In this document: positions 52,001 to 59,817 of the stretch, one piece after another
Numbering within the stretch: position 1 is the first letter of the stretch
Layout: every line of letters begins with the position of its first letter
NCBI GenBank assembly: GCA_977020255.1
Contig: CDROCS010005599.1
Span: 1-64,000 of the forward strand
Direction: 5' to 3'
DNA: 64,000 nucleotides
DNA from: Obrimoposthia wandeli
Lineage: Eukaryota
Program-made: the position numbers and the translations under genes
The notes under the pieces: generated by a model
Seen by the model: the letters and a program-made list of their open reading frames with translations, nothing else
The model's database searches: none
What the model was told of the DNA's origin: nothing

Positions 52001-52719
52001 ATTTCAGACGCTTTTTGCGCAATGCTGCTATCTAGTTCATAGAGTGGTTTAACTTTTTGTGTGAGTTGTTTATAAACAATCGATAGTTGATCTTGTTCAC
52101 CATCAGCATAAATTTGTTGTCCACTAAATACTTCATATAAAGTGGCACCTAAAGAGTATAAATCACTGCGGTTATCTGTCGGTAAATTTGAGCGGCCAGT
52201 TTGCTCAGGCGAAGTATAAGCGGCTTGGCCTATTAGTATATTATTTAAAGATGATACTTCATCTTGCTGTAATTTGGTGGCAAGCGAAAGATCTACTATT
52301 GAAATATTACTGTCATTTTTCGATATAAAAAATGCATGTGGGTTAATATTTCTATGTAATAAACCATTAGTGTGTAGATAATGAACAGCTTCGGTCATTA
52401 AAGTTGCAATACGTAGTTTTTCACTAAATGTCGTTGGATTCTGTAATCTGTCCGACAAAAGATCACCGCCATTATCCTCATATATTATGGCACTATGGTA
52501 GTCTTCAGTATTAAAAGATAGCGCCGATAGTACTTTTGCTGGGTCCAGCGACCTAGTCAGCTCATATTCCGATTTTAGCTCCGCATTCATGTAGCGGTTA
52601 GATGACATTTTTTTATTATATTTTACTAGAACTTTTTTACCACGGTTATCACAAGCTCTGGCTAAGCTTGCTTTGTTACATGATTTAAGAACCTCTAGTA
52701 TCTTAAAATTGGCAATCAT
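46042..52719 (-). CDS. Giant hybrid sensor: Ser/Thr-kinase-like domain, AAA/STAND ATPase, helical repeats, GAF, HisKA, HATPase, REC, REC, Hpt
   Basis: HRNINP/DLS/SPEQ kinase-like motifs; Walker A SGYSGVGKS and FLDDLQWAD; GAF (YLENDL); H-box FLANMSHEIRTPMN; GGTGLGLAI; two REC domains (MDWKMP, MDIQMP); Hpt HSLKS. Confidence 0.93.
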   Translation of the reverse strand: MIANFKILEVLKSCNKASLARACDNRGKKVLVKYNKKMSSNRYMNAELKSEYELTRSLDPAKVLSALSFNTEDYHSAIIYEDNGGDLLSDRLQNPTTFSEKLRIATLMTEAVHYLHTNGLLHRNINPHAFFISKNDSNISIVDLSLATKLQQDEVSSLNNILIGQAAYTSPEQTGRSNLPTDNRSDLYSLGATLYEVFSGQQIYADGEQDQLSIVYKQLTQKVKPLYELDSSIAQKASEIVARLLEKSPNNRYQSSFGLLQDLKRIEKEWLETSEISHFDIGQEDSPEKLQLSRKLYGREKQISQLMDGFQIVASGQNKIVLVSGYSGVGKSALIKEAQKKISENKGLFTSGKCEQFSTDQPFYVFSQALRLLLRQISNLQNDQQNKWRDIFQTKIGENFTLLTELVPELAPFFDTKITTSPEQNTLVSDRQFMMTFVKFVNAFTSQNNPLVIFLDDLQWADTASLRLINELLDQNSYLMIIGTYRDNEIDETHLLSKIIRDLKSKKIKFGEIHLHPLNLQDIKRLLADSLWLTLDQAEPLAATCIKKTQGNPFYVNQFITMLNEEGYIFYSYEKGAWHWDQQAIDVVNVTSNIVDLMIDKLKKFSNESLEILKLAANLGNQFSLEKLQKVAHLGLQDVYKRLWPMISNGYILPVNENYRFSSSEDLLSQASFMFLHDRVQQAAFQLIPQEHLAEFKWQFGMRLLKGTLKENLESNIFEITDQLNAGKYYASINEKKVLVDLNLLAARKAKRSTAFTYAQKTMLNVYQFSCEDLDYRRLDVFNTLAEVSYLIGDFELAEKLYIQAMKVANTALEIVSVIAIQTAQYQIQGRFAEAIALQKKGLGVLSIRIPDDTTEIEAQFMEGFKSIDSFISTHNIDDLIDHSSMENDNQKAAMKLLMGMWYASYLSGKTPLNLLSTIIMTQLSLEHGHDDISPFAYVNYSLAIISVYNRYKQADKFGLLAVKLAENRKNKLIKASTYFLYATFTQHWNHPLQKTVPYYNMSYDLALQSGDLATLGYICAVRGSDTLALGEKLQSVHETLTDDIQLLSKHKQLDMKDCVTVGALQSVKALLGLTHSLDSFDDDDFNENIFLKNYEHAPLHLGYFYNAKLRHAYLTNSSKNIQLSLLEKAELISASVPGQNKIPESTFFAALIALRFADNENDPLFLLSQAKLAMFEEWSEACPHNYLHKYLLLKAESDRVCGNDTQIIDLYSRAIEEASNSGFNNILAICNECFANYWHAKNKYVLAKTFITVSYQEYRQWGAITKLQQLREYWSNINFIDDHSFNKIYKPQDSINLQTVQDINLLISSEIHLDSLLEKLMFILLKNAGAGWGALIQTNDINKELWLEAAGDKDHIGVLLHQPLIDAATKQKIPESIVKRVIDSQELCIINRPFEHTEFYHDVYFQRKSPLTVAGLPVIHQGNMIAVVYLENDLIENAFSQEHISLLNVIASQAAISLSHAFLYQSLEKRVIARTEALASAKLKAEESTIAKSNFLANMSHEIRTPMNAVIGLNRLLKRTPLSIEQQSLVSKVSDSSDSLLSLINNILDFSKIEAHKLSLERIKFNLDDVLQKVTAICGQIIYEKDLEFIIEVDRSIPMLLIGDPLRLQQILVNLINNAVKFTDEGFIKISIHSGPSVDQGHDLVFEIMDTGIGIGEEEQKRLFSSFYQVDASTTRKYGGTGLGLAISKELAQLMGGELRATSIKDKGSCFTFNAIFRPANIVADSTEYIDLALLSNLNVLVVDDNETAIQVILDVLSSFGISAKSETSGLAAIRRFEIADEIDEPFDLVIMDWKMPQLDGIETCKKITAKSNRATPFMLMISAYDKNEAMALASNTEIKSFIEKPLNASSLIDNINVLMFGKKDTRLATTTLKEEVTPPDLSDYHLLLVEDNEINQQVAQGFLMDTMINVTIAENGREAIHKVEQSSFDCILMDIQMPVMDGITATQEIRKNFNKEQLPIIAMTAHALRSDVELSFDSGMNAHITKPIDPDILYHTLAKLLNIEKKLERPPVLVDFETLEIEKKTLEYLYNIEQLEVDKSIYRLQNKASLYLSLVKDFWTKNKCLYEKIEKYLDANEYDELFLITHSLKSTAQYIGANKLAQYASVLQESTKHQKITPIQVSDLLSELYSIISQLSPLFAKTEKSEIDKILNYPAAILLINQLRLLLARAEAASESVSWSLHDLSRGTVYEKQISNVHYLICDFEFESATVELDNLEKSIIGR

Positions 52720-53631
52720 CGTAATATTTCCAAATTATCCCAAGAGAGTATGCTTTTTATTATAGTTTCAGGGCATAAATCAATATTTTTCCCTCATCGC
52801 TTTTTGCGTATTTAAGAATAATCGCAGCATAACGGGAGATCATTAATAATACGGCGCTGAAGTTATGATTTTTATGGGAATCTCGAGTGTATTAGATTCG
52901 AGAGACCTTGGTGCTTTGTAGCGTTAATGGTGAAAGCCTCTCTAAACTTAGATGAGCCCTAGTTCCATAATAATATTTCTTAAAAGCCTATATGAACGTA
53001 TAATTAATTTCGATGTTTTCAAACGCTTTGATAATAATATAACTCTGACTAAGAAAAATAAATTCTTACAAATATATGTTTTTATTGTTTATTTACAAGT
53101 AGTTGAGATTTTTCATGGATATTTACATCTATCGTAAAATAGCAGTTACTAAACAGTATATCCAGCTTCTCTAGGATATTTTTCTTCTCTTAGCGTCGAA
53201 AACAGTTTCGTTCTTATTAATATGTAACTCCATATCAATTTAGCTGCTTGGTTTAGTCGTTATAAAAGGCTAGACCCTGGAAGAAGAGTTTTCTGGTTTT
53301 GATAGGGTACTATTGTTGGAGTGGCTAATAAGGTTTGTTCTCTCAATGTTTATAAGCACAACGGCTACTCGTCAAAATACGTATTTAGCAAAAAATGATG
53401 GAATCTAACCTTGGAAAATTCATAATTTTAATTGTTGTCCAACACAGATAGTGGTTATAGCTATTATTCATTAGCAGCTTTGGGCAAGGTAGATAGTATG
53501 AGCGCTCAAGGACCTCGTTTGCTTACACGACCGGGCAGTTCCTGCGCTTATCTTGAACCTTTCATTGAGGGGATACTTCATGGTACTTGAGTTACGCGCT
53601 GGATCTTCACGCAGTCCTTTGGACAATGGTG

Positions 53632-53667
53632 TATCTATCTATCTATCTATCTGCCTGCCTATCCATC
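53632..53667 (+). repeat. Tetranucleotide microsatellite (TATC)5 plus degenerate units
   Basis: tatctatctatctatctatc-tgcc-tgcc-tatc-catc. Confidence 0.8.
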
Positions 53668-53669
53668 TA

Positions 53670-54176
53670 GGCGTTAGTGCATTACTCTGTTCCCTGGCAG
53701 GATAAGCGTTAGCCAATGATTGTGTGAACTCAATCACTGCCTTTTTAGAGGCGGAATAAGTCGATACTATACTGGCATCAAAATTACTTAACATGAGGGG
53801 GGCTGTTGATGCCGCTTTTGTTTAAAGTAAACTTGGTGCGTGCACTGCTACAAGAGCTGATTGCCCCATTAAAATTAATATATCAAAAATATAACAGGCT
53901 TTGATCCTTCTCTGTATTTCAGCACACCTGGGGGATTTATAAACAGCTAAATGGAAGACGATCGTCTATTCGCTATCTCAATTTACTGCATATCAAATAC
54001 GTTAACTTGTTTGAAAGTGATGTTGTCGGTTTTATTAGATGGCTCAACTAGACCTATTGCCATGGCTTTATAATTTGCAGCGGAGAATCCTCTGGTTAAG
54101 AGAGATCTTTACCAATAGCTCCTCCACCGCTAAACGCTATTTTAGTTGCGTGCTAGGTAAGTTGATCAATGATCAT
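53670..54176 (-). pseudogene. Degraded short-chain dehydrogenase (SDR) remnant at the end of the cupin operon
   Basis: Hand translation finds ordered fragments with stops and frameshifts: MIIDQLT*HATKIAFSGGGAIGKDLS, KQVNVFDMQ*IEIA, I*LFINPPGV, YSASKKAVIEFTQSLA...SNALTP. An RBS precedes the ATG at 54176. Confidence 0.6.
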
Positions 54177-54191
54177 GTAATGCTCCCGCTC

Positions 54192-55394
54192 TCAGTTTTC
54201 TTTTGCTTCTATTGGGCTTGTGCCTGTAGGATTTCTAAAATATTGATCGAGCCTTGCCAATGCTTGATCTAGTATTTCGGGAGTTTGGGCGAAACATAAT
54301 CTAAACCAACCATTACTGGGTGCACAGAAGGCTTCACCAGGGGCGAGACCTACTTTGGCTTCATTGATTAGCATTTGTGAGAAGGCGATTGCATCTTCTA
54401 CTTCAGGGATACGAAAGAAGGCATAGAAAGTTGACTCTATTTTTGGGCACTCCACCTTTGGGTACTTAGCTAGCGTACTTTCAACCTTTTCTTTCGCTAA
54501 GCGATAGTTCTCACAGCTGTTAGCGATAAAATCTTCGCCTTGTTCAAGTGCTGCAACAGCGGCACGTTGTGAAAAGGGAGGGGCGCAGGCAATGGAAAAT
54601 TCAGCAATTTTCTCGATGGTTGGTACTAAACTTTCGGGCAAAGTTAACCATCCCAAACGCCAGCCGGTCATGGCCCAACTCTTGGAGAAACTATTGACGA
54701 CTAGTAATTTATCTTCCGGTTGTGCCACTTGCAAAAATGAAGGCGCAACAGAATTGTCAAAAGTAGTTCTGCTGTAAACTTCATCTGCGATTAGCCAAAT
54801 ATCGAGGCGGCGCAATTCATCAAGTACACGACGCTGTTGTGCAGTGTTCATTGTCCAGCCAGTAGGATTCGAGGGGGAGTTTATCAGCACTACCTTTGCC
54901 TGGGCTGCTTTGGCAATGAAAGCATCGATATCCAGAGACCATTTGCCATCGACTATATCCAGAGAATGCGTGATCAGCTCTGCGTTCTGCAGCTGTGGAA
55001 TACGCAATAAATTAGGGAAAGCAGGGATTATCGTTGCGACTTTATCACCAGGTTGGAGCAGTGATTGAAATGCTAGATGCAGGGCATTCCCCCCAGATAC
55101 AGTAACTGCGATACGCTCGCTACTGATAGGCATATCGTAAAGCTCGCTTGTGTACTTGGCGATCGCCTCACGCAAGAAAGGACGGCCCAATCCTTCAGAG
55201 TAAAAAGTTTCACCGTTTGCCATTGCCTGTGCGGCGGCCTCACAGATGAAGCTGGGTGTCGGCTGATTTGGCTCACCAAACCACAGCGGGATAAGCCCTT
55301 CAATCCCCATGGCTTTATTTGCCAGCACACGGGTGATTGATGGTGGGACATCAATCGCATTTGACTGAAGATGATCGCTGGCTCGTTTTGTCAT
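54192..55394 (-). CDS. PLP-dependent aminotransferase class I/II
   Basis: FGEP, INSPSNPTG, ADEVY, NSFSKSWAMTGWRLGW, GLAPGEAF, WFRLCFA. Confidence 0.93.
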   Translation of the reverse strand: MTKRASDHLQSNAIDVPPSITRVLANKAMGIEGLIPLWFGEPNQPTPSFICEAAAQAMANGETFYSEGLGRPFLREAIAKYTSELYDMPISSERIAVTVSGGNALHLAFQSLLQPGDKVATIIPAFPNLLRIPQLQNAELITHSLDIVDGKWSLDIDAFIAKAAQAKVVLINSPSNPTGWTMNTAQQRRVLDELRRLDIWLIADEVYSRTTFDNSVAPSFLQVAQPEDKLLVVNSFSKSWAMTGWRLGWLTLPESLVPTIEKIAEFSIACAPPFSQRAAVAALEQGEDFIANSCENYRLAKEKVESTLAKYPKVECPKIESTFYAFFRIPEVEDAIAFSQMLINEAKVGLAPGEAFCAPSNGWFRLCFAQTPEILDQALARLDQYFRNPTGTSPIEAKEN

Positions 55395-55444
55395 GGCAGG
55401 GTCTCTATTGTTATTTGAGTGGAGGCTCTTTGTCTTAATGTCGC

Positions 55445-56170
55445 TTAATAAGTAGCGCGGCCACCTGAGAGATCAAACACAGCACCACTATTAAAAGTAC
55501 AGGCGCCGGAGCATAACCACAGCACCATTTGTGCCACTTCAGCTACTTCACCGAGGCGTTTCATTGGCGATTTGTCGATCATTATTTGCACGTGCTCAGG
55601 GCTCATTTGCTGTAAAATACTGGTATCTACCGCAGCGGGGGCGAGGCAATTAACGCGGATGTCAGTCATTGCCAATTCTTTGCCAAGTGACTTAGTCATC
55701 GCGATGATACCGCCTTTTGCCGCACTATAAGCCGATGCATTGGGTGTGCCTTCTTTGCCTGCAAGGGAGGCTAAGTTGACGATTCTACCGTAATTTTGTT
55801 GCTGCATTATAGGCACCAATGCACGGCTGACTTTGAAAGCTCCGACTAAATTAACGTCGATAATACGCTGCCACATATCGATGTCGTATTCGGTCAATGG
55901 CATGGTAGGTCCAGTAAAGCCGGCACTGTTGATTAAAAAGTCAATCTTGCCAAAGCGGGCTTCTAACGCGTTAGCTGCCGCACTAATTTGCTCATTATTG
56001 GTTATATCGACAGCGAAATACTCATCATCGGCAACTTTACCCTGCTGCATATCCCAGACGGCAACTGTTGCACCAGCACTGCGTAATTGTTTGGCAATAT
56101 CGGCGCCTATACCATTGGCACCACCTGTGACGACCGCGACACGGCCAGAAAAATCATAACTAATATCCAT
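55445..56170 (-). CDS. Short-chain dehydrogenase/reductase
   Basis: TGGANGIG, INSAG, YSAAKGG, VNCLAP. Confidence 0.95.
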   Translation of the reverse strand: MDISYDFSGRVAVVTGGANGIGADIAKQLRSAGATVAVWDMQQGKVADDEYFAVDITNNEQISAAANALEARFGKIDFLINSAGFTGPTMPLTEYDIDMWQRIIDVNLVGAFKVSRALVPIMQQQNYGRIVNLASLAGKEGTPNASAYSAAKGGIIAMTKSLGKELAMTDIRVNCLAPAAVDTSILQQMSPEHVQIMIDKSPMKRLGEVAEVAQMVLWLCSGACTFNSGAVFDLSGGRATY

Positions 56171-56218
56171 AATTCTCTGCTCTACAAATCAACTTTATCT
56201 GGAGGAAGAACTGCTGCA

Positions 56219-56478
56219 CCTACTTCTTAGAAGTGCCAGCGGTACCTGTCTATCTTGGTAAATACGTCTTCGTAGCCCGTGGGTTTATTGTAGGGGCCGT
56301 ATCTTAGAGGTCACATGGCGCCTAGCGAATAAACTGCTTAACGAAGTCCGCTCCTAAGCCTACTTCTTCGAAGTGCTTGCGGCACATGTCTATTTTGGTA
56401 AACACGTCTTCGTTTCAAATGACGCTATCCGCACTACTGTCTTGCGGCACATGTCTATTTTGGTAAATACGTCTTCGT
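56219..56478 (-). repeat. Three copies of the cupin gene 3' segment
   Basis: 38-bp direct repeats at 56376-56413 and 56441-56478 (1 mismatch) flank a 27-nt unique insert; a degenerate copy of about 80 bp lies at 56219-56298. Confidence 0.9.
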
Positions 56479-56914
56479 AGCCCATCGGTTTACCGTAGGG
56501 GTCTACGTAGCTCATGACACCATTAACTTGGAACAATGTGATCATCTCATCGACATCATCCGGTACCACTAAAGTGTGAGTTTCACCTGGCGGCTCAAAC
56601 ACATAGCTGCCCTCAGTCGCTTCCCAATCGTGTTCTAAGTAGTGCCAGCGGCCTTTGAGGACAAAGCCGTGTACTGGGTTGGGATGACGGTGACGCGATA
56701 GCACACCGGATTTAGTCACTTTGAGTAAGTTGACCCAATATCCTTGAGATGCATTGAGACAAAGTGGGCGGAAGTAGACATTCTCTGTTTGCTTAACCCA
56801 CATCCGGTCATCTTCTGGAATGGCGTGGGGAATGACTATCTCTGGCAAGGCATCTTGTGGCATTGCATATTGATAGGGGATACGAGGGTTATCTTCCTTT
56901 TCCGTAACGGGCAT
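56322..56914 (-). pseudogene. 2,4'-dihydroxyacetophenone dioxygenase (DAD) family cupin, frameshifted near the C-terminus by a 65-nt insertion
   Basis: RHRHP...GRWHYLEHDW...EPPGETHTL. The native tail HFEEVGLGADFVKQFIR* (stop at 56322) is out of frame with the ORF that ends at 56390. Confidence 0.8.
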
Positions 56915-56945
56915 GGCGTACTCTCAAGGTTGCTATTTTATTTAA

Positions 56946-56966
56946 AATGTCCATAATGTGGATATT
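56946..56966. promoter_or_regulatory. Candidate IclR operator
   Basis: AATGTCCA-taatg-TGGATATT inverted repeat (7/8 pairs) between the divergent cupin and IclR genes. Confidence 0.5.
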
Positions 56967-57107
56967 ATTCCATTTAATGATAATTATGTTAATTTCTCCA
57001 GCAGCTAATAGCAATACTTCCTGCTAATTTTTTATGAGCTGTTATGATGCGGGCGCGCTTTAAAACGTATTAGTGCTAGTTAAAAGGAATGTATTGGAGA
57101 ACAGACA

Positions 57108-57875
57108 ATGTCAGAAGTAGTGCAGGGGGCGAAGAGCTTCTCGCGCAGTATCAGTGTATTGCAGCTCATCGCAGATAGTGCTCAACCTGTAGGTGTCGCC
57201 CAGCTGCTTGAAGTAAGCGAGCTTACTCGGCCAACACTCTATCGTATTCTAGCGGCGCTCGAACTCGAAGGGCTAGTGCTGCAGAACAGTGATAAACGTT
57301 ACCAGTTGGGTAGTCGGGTGATTTCACTGGCGCACCGTGCATTGGCGCAAACGGATATCCGTGATATCGCGCGTACTGCATTAGAGCAATTGCGTGATAC
57401 CTTAGGTGAAACGGTTCACTTGGCAATTCGCAATCGCGATGAGTTGGTTTATGTCGATAAGATAGAGAGTCGTGAAGTCGTACGTATGGCTTCTACCATC
57501 GGGACGCGAGTGCCTTTTCACAGCAGTTCGGTGGGTAAAGCCTTTCTCGCCGCACTAGATATATCACAGGCAGAAGTACTCATCGATGGCTTACCGATGT
57601 CATCGATTACCGAGCACAGCGCGACCGATCGAGAAAGTTTGAAACGTTACCTAGGGCAAGCGCGCCAACAGGGATATGCTTTTGAAAGTGAAGAGAACGA
57701 AAAGGGAATCGTTTGCTTTGGTGCTGCCATTTTAAATGCCCAGCAACAGCCGATAGCGAGCGTCAGTGTCAGTGTGCCGATGTTTAGGTTAGCGGCAGAT
57801 CACAGTCAATACTCAGCGGCATTGTTGGCGGCTTGCGAAGCTATTTCGCGTCAGTTGGGATATGTCGCAAAGTAG
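57108..57875 (+). CDS. IclR family regulator
   Basis: LTRPTLYRILAAL HTH; GETVHLA, SSVGKAFLA, CFGAAI, SVSVSVP. Confidence 0.95.
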   Translation: MSEVVQGAKSFSRSISVLQLIADSAQPVGVAQLLEVSELTRPTLYRILAALELEGLVLQNSDKRYQLGSRVISLAHRALAQTDIRDIARTALEQLRDTLGETVHLAIRNRDELVYVDKIESREVVRMASTIGTRVPFHSSSVGKAFLAALDISQAEVLIDGLPMSSITEHSATDRESLKRYLGQARQQGYAFESEENEKGIVCFGAAILNAQQQPIASVSVSVPMFRLAADHSQYSAALLAACEAISRQLGYVAK

Positions 57876-57917
57876 TTTATAACGATGCGCCAAAACGCAT
57901 AATAGGTCACGACAAAG

Positions 57918-57943
57918 TAACGAGGGCGCAATGGCCCTCGTTA
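57918..57943. terminator. Hairpin between convergent genes
   Basis: taacgagggc-gcaatg-gccctcgtta, a perfect 10-bp stem. Confidence 0.6.
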
Positions 57944-57951
57944 TCAGAACA

Positions 57952-58693
57952 TTAAGACAGTTCACTCAACTCGCGGTTGCCCGCACTTTGAATGTCAGTG
58001 TCATCTTGCGCTTGATCCAAACCCTCTTGATGCAGCGATTTCAGCAGGCCAATGATCACGAAAGTGAAGGGTAGTGCGCCGGCAATCGAGGCGGCTTGCA
58101 GTGCTTTGAGTGCTTCTTTACCCCCGAGCAGTAAAATGACTAAAGTGACAAAGCCGAGCAGCATACCCCAAATAATACGTTGCTGTATTGGGGGTCTGCG
58201 ACCAAATGACAGCAAGCATCCGAGTACTAAAGTACCAGAGTCAGCAGAGGTAACGAAGAACACCACGACCATGAACAGAGCTACTATTTTAGCTAGAGTG
58301 GCTGGAATGCCTGGGGATAATACATCGAAGGCAGTGTAAATTGTTCCGGCGTAATCCCAGTTATTAACTGCGGTATTGTAGATCGTCATATCGGCACCGT
58401 AAATTGACTCATAAATACCGGCCGAACCGATAATTCCGAACCAGACGATGGCGACGACTGAAGGTACTAACATGACTCCGAGCACGAACTCACCTCAGGT
58501 CTGTCGCTGTCTTGGCCGAGGCGAATACGCCCCGCTTTAGACATCGCTACATAAGTACAAACTACAAATGCAGACATCATAACTAGAATAAATACCGCGA
58601 CCATGACAATATCGGTGATGCGAGAGCCGCATTGAGGCCCTTTAATATACCTCGTTTTTCAATGAACTGATTAAGCTCCTTTTCGCTGTACAT
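57952..58693 (-). pseudogene. BCCT transporter pseudogene (DddT-like position) with internal deletions
   Basis: AAGGA RBS plus MYSEKELNQFIEKRGILKGLNA; then, in another frame, IVMVAVF...KAGRIRLGQDSDRPE; joined at 58494/58493 out of frame to EFVLGVMLVPS...TSADSG...IWG. Only 742 bp in total. Confidence 0.85.
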
Positions 58694-58751
58694 AATGTTT
58701 CCTTTATTGTTTTCGTTTTAGTTTATTTAAGGGTATTTACCACTGTGTTCT

Positions 58752-59663
58752 CTATGTCAGTGATGGTATTGGTGGTGTGAGAGGGTGTTTCACTTGGTTA
58801 ATCAGCCAAGTACGAAAGGTATCTGCATTGGGATGTTCGTATTGATGGTCTGGGTAAGCGAGGTAAAATGCCTCATCGGTATCAACGCATTGCTCGAATG
58901 GGGCAATCAAGCGCCCACTTCGTATTAAATGCTCGACCAGTGAGCTTCTTCCCAATGCCACACCTTGCCCTAGTGCCGCTAATTCAAGTGCTGAAACTAA
59001 TGTATCGAGTTGAATACTGTGTGCTGCCTTTAACTCACAATGACCGGTTTTGGTAAGCCAGTATCCCCAACCTTCTTTATAGCCAATAACATGAAGTAAT
59101 GTGCTTTGTGCTAGTGCTGCTGGCTGTCGTGGGGTTGCATCATCGAAATAGTCAGGACTGCATACGGGAATGAGTTGATCATAACTGAGACGATGCGATT
59201 TAAAACCGCGCCAATTACCTTGTCCATAGCGGATTTCCATGTCGGCATCTTTTTGTTTTTCATCGAGCCAAATATTACTACTAAAGCGTAAATCTATATC
59301 GGGGTATTGGCTGCGGAAATCACAGAGCCTTGGGGCTAACCAAGTCGTGAAAAAAACTAAATTCACCCGAATGTTCAAAGCGCGATTGCGATTTTGACCG
59401 AATATTTCATCGGTGGCGACAACCATCCGCTCGATAGATTCGTGTACTACTGGGATATAGGCTTTTCCCGCCTCCGTTAGTTCTAAACCACGGGGTAAAC
59501 GCTTAAACAGAGCGACACCCAGCTGGGATTCCAGCGCTTTAATCTGCTGGCTGATCGCTGCTTGGGTCAAGTTTAGCTCGCTCGCCGCCTGAGTGAAGTT
59601 TAGGTGCAGCGCCGATACTTCAAATGAACGTAACCAGTTCAATGGGGGGAGTCTTTTTTTCAT
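58752..59663 (-). CDS. dddR: LysR family regulator, DddR-like
   Basis: LPPLNWLRSFEVSALHLNFTQAASEL; follows dddB-dddC as in known ddd clusters. The symbol rests on context. Confidence 0.7.
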   Translation of the reverse strand: MKKRLPPLNWLRSFEVSALHLNFTQAASELNLTQAAISQQIKALESQLGVALFKRLPRGLELTEAGKAYIPVVHESIERMVVATDEIFGQNRNRALNIRVNLVFFTTWLAPRLCDFRSQYPDIDLRFSSNIWLDEKQKDADMEIRYGQGNWRGFKSHRLSYDQLIPVCSPDYFDDATPRQPAALAQSTLLHVIGYKEGWGYWLTKTGHCELKAAHSIQLDTLVSALELAALGQGVALGRSSLVEHLIRSGRLIAPFEQCVDTDEAFYLAYPDHQYEHPNADTFRTWLINQVKHPLTPPIPSLT

Positions 59664-59817
59664 GACACACTCTTTGCACTATGTTGAATAGAATTAATGA
59701 CAACCTAACAGTTCTTCTAAAGATAAATTGCCAATGAGCGGCTGTCGTTGTCTGTTCCATAACTCTAGCTGTCAGTTGCTCCAAGTCAAGAGTACAACTC
59801 AGAGCAACTGGATGTGT

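Noticed and set aside
53470-53630. Short minus-strand frame containing LSKGLREDP, reminiscent of a transporter C-terminus
   Set aside because: Too short and no further motifs; cannot be assigned by eye.
44700-54190. Prophage, IS or integrative element as the cause of the AT-rich block
   Set aside because: No integrase, transposase, tRNA target or flanking direct repeats were seen.
56219-56478. Diversity-generating retroelement TR/VR pair at the cupin 3' end
   Set aside because: Differences between copies are not adenine-specific, and there is no reverse transcriptase in the window.
56376-56478. Mini CRISPR array (38-bp repeat, 27-nt spacer)
   Set aside because: Only two near-identical units; the repeat is in-frame coding sequence, not palindromic; no cas genes.
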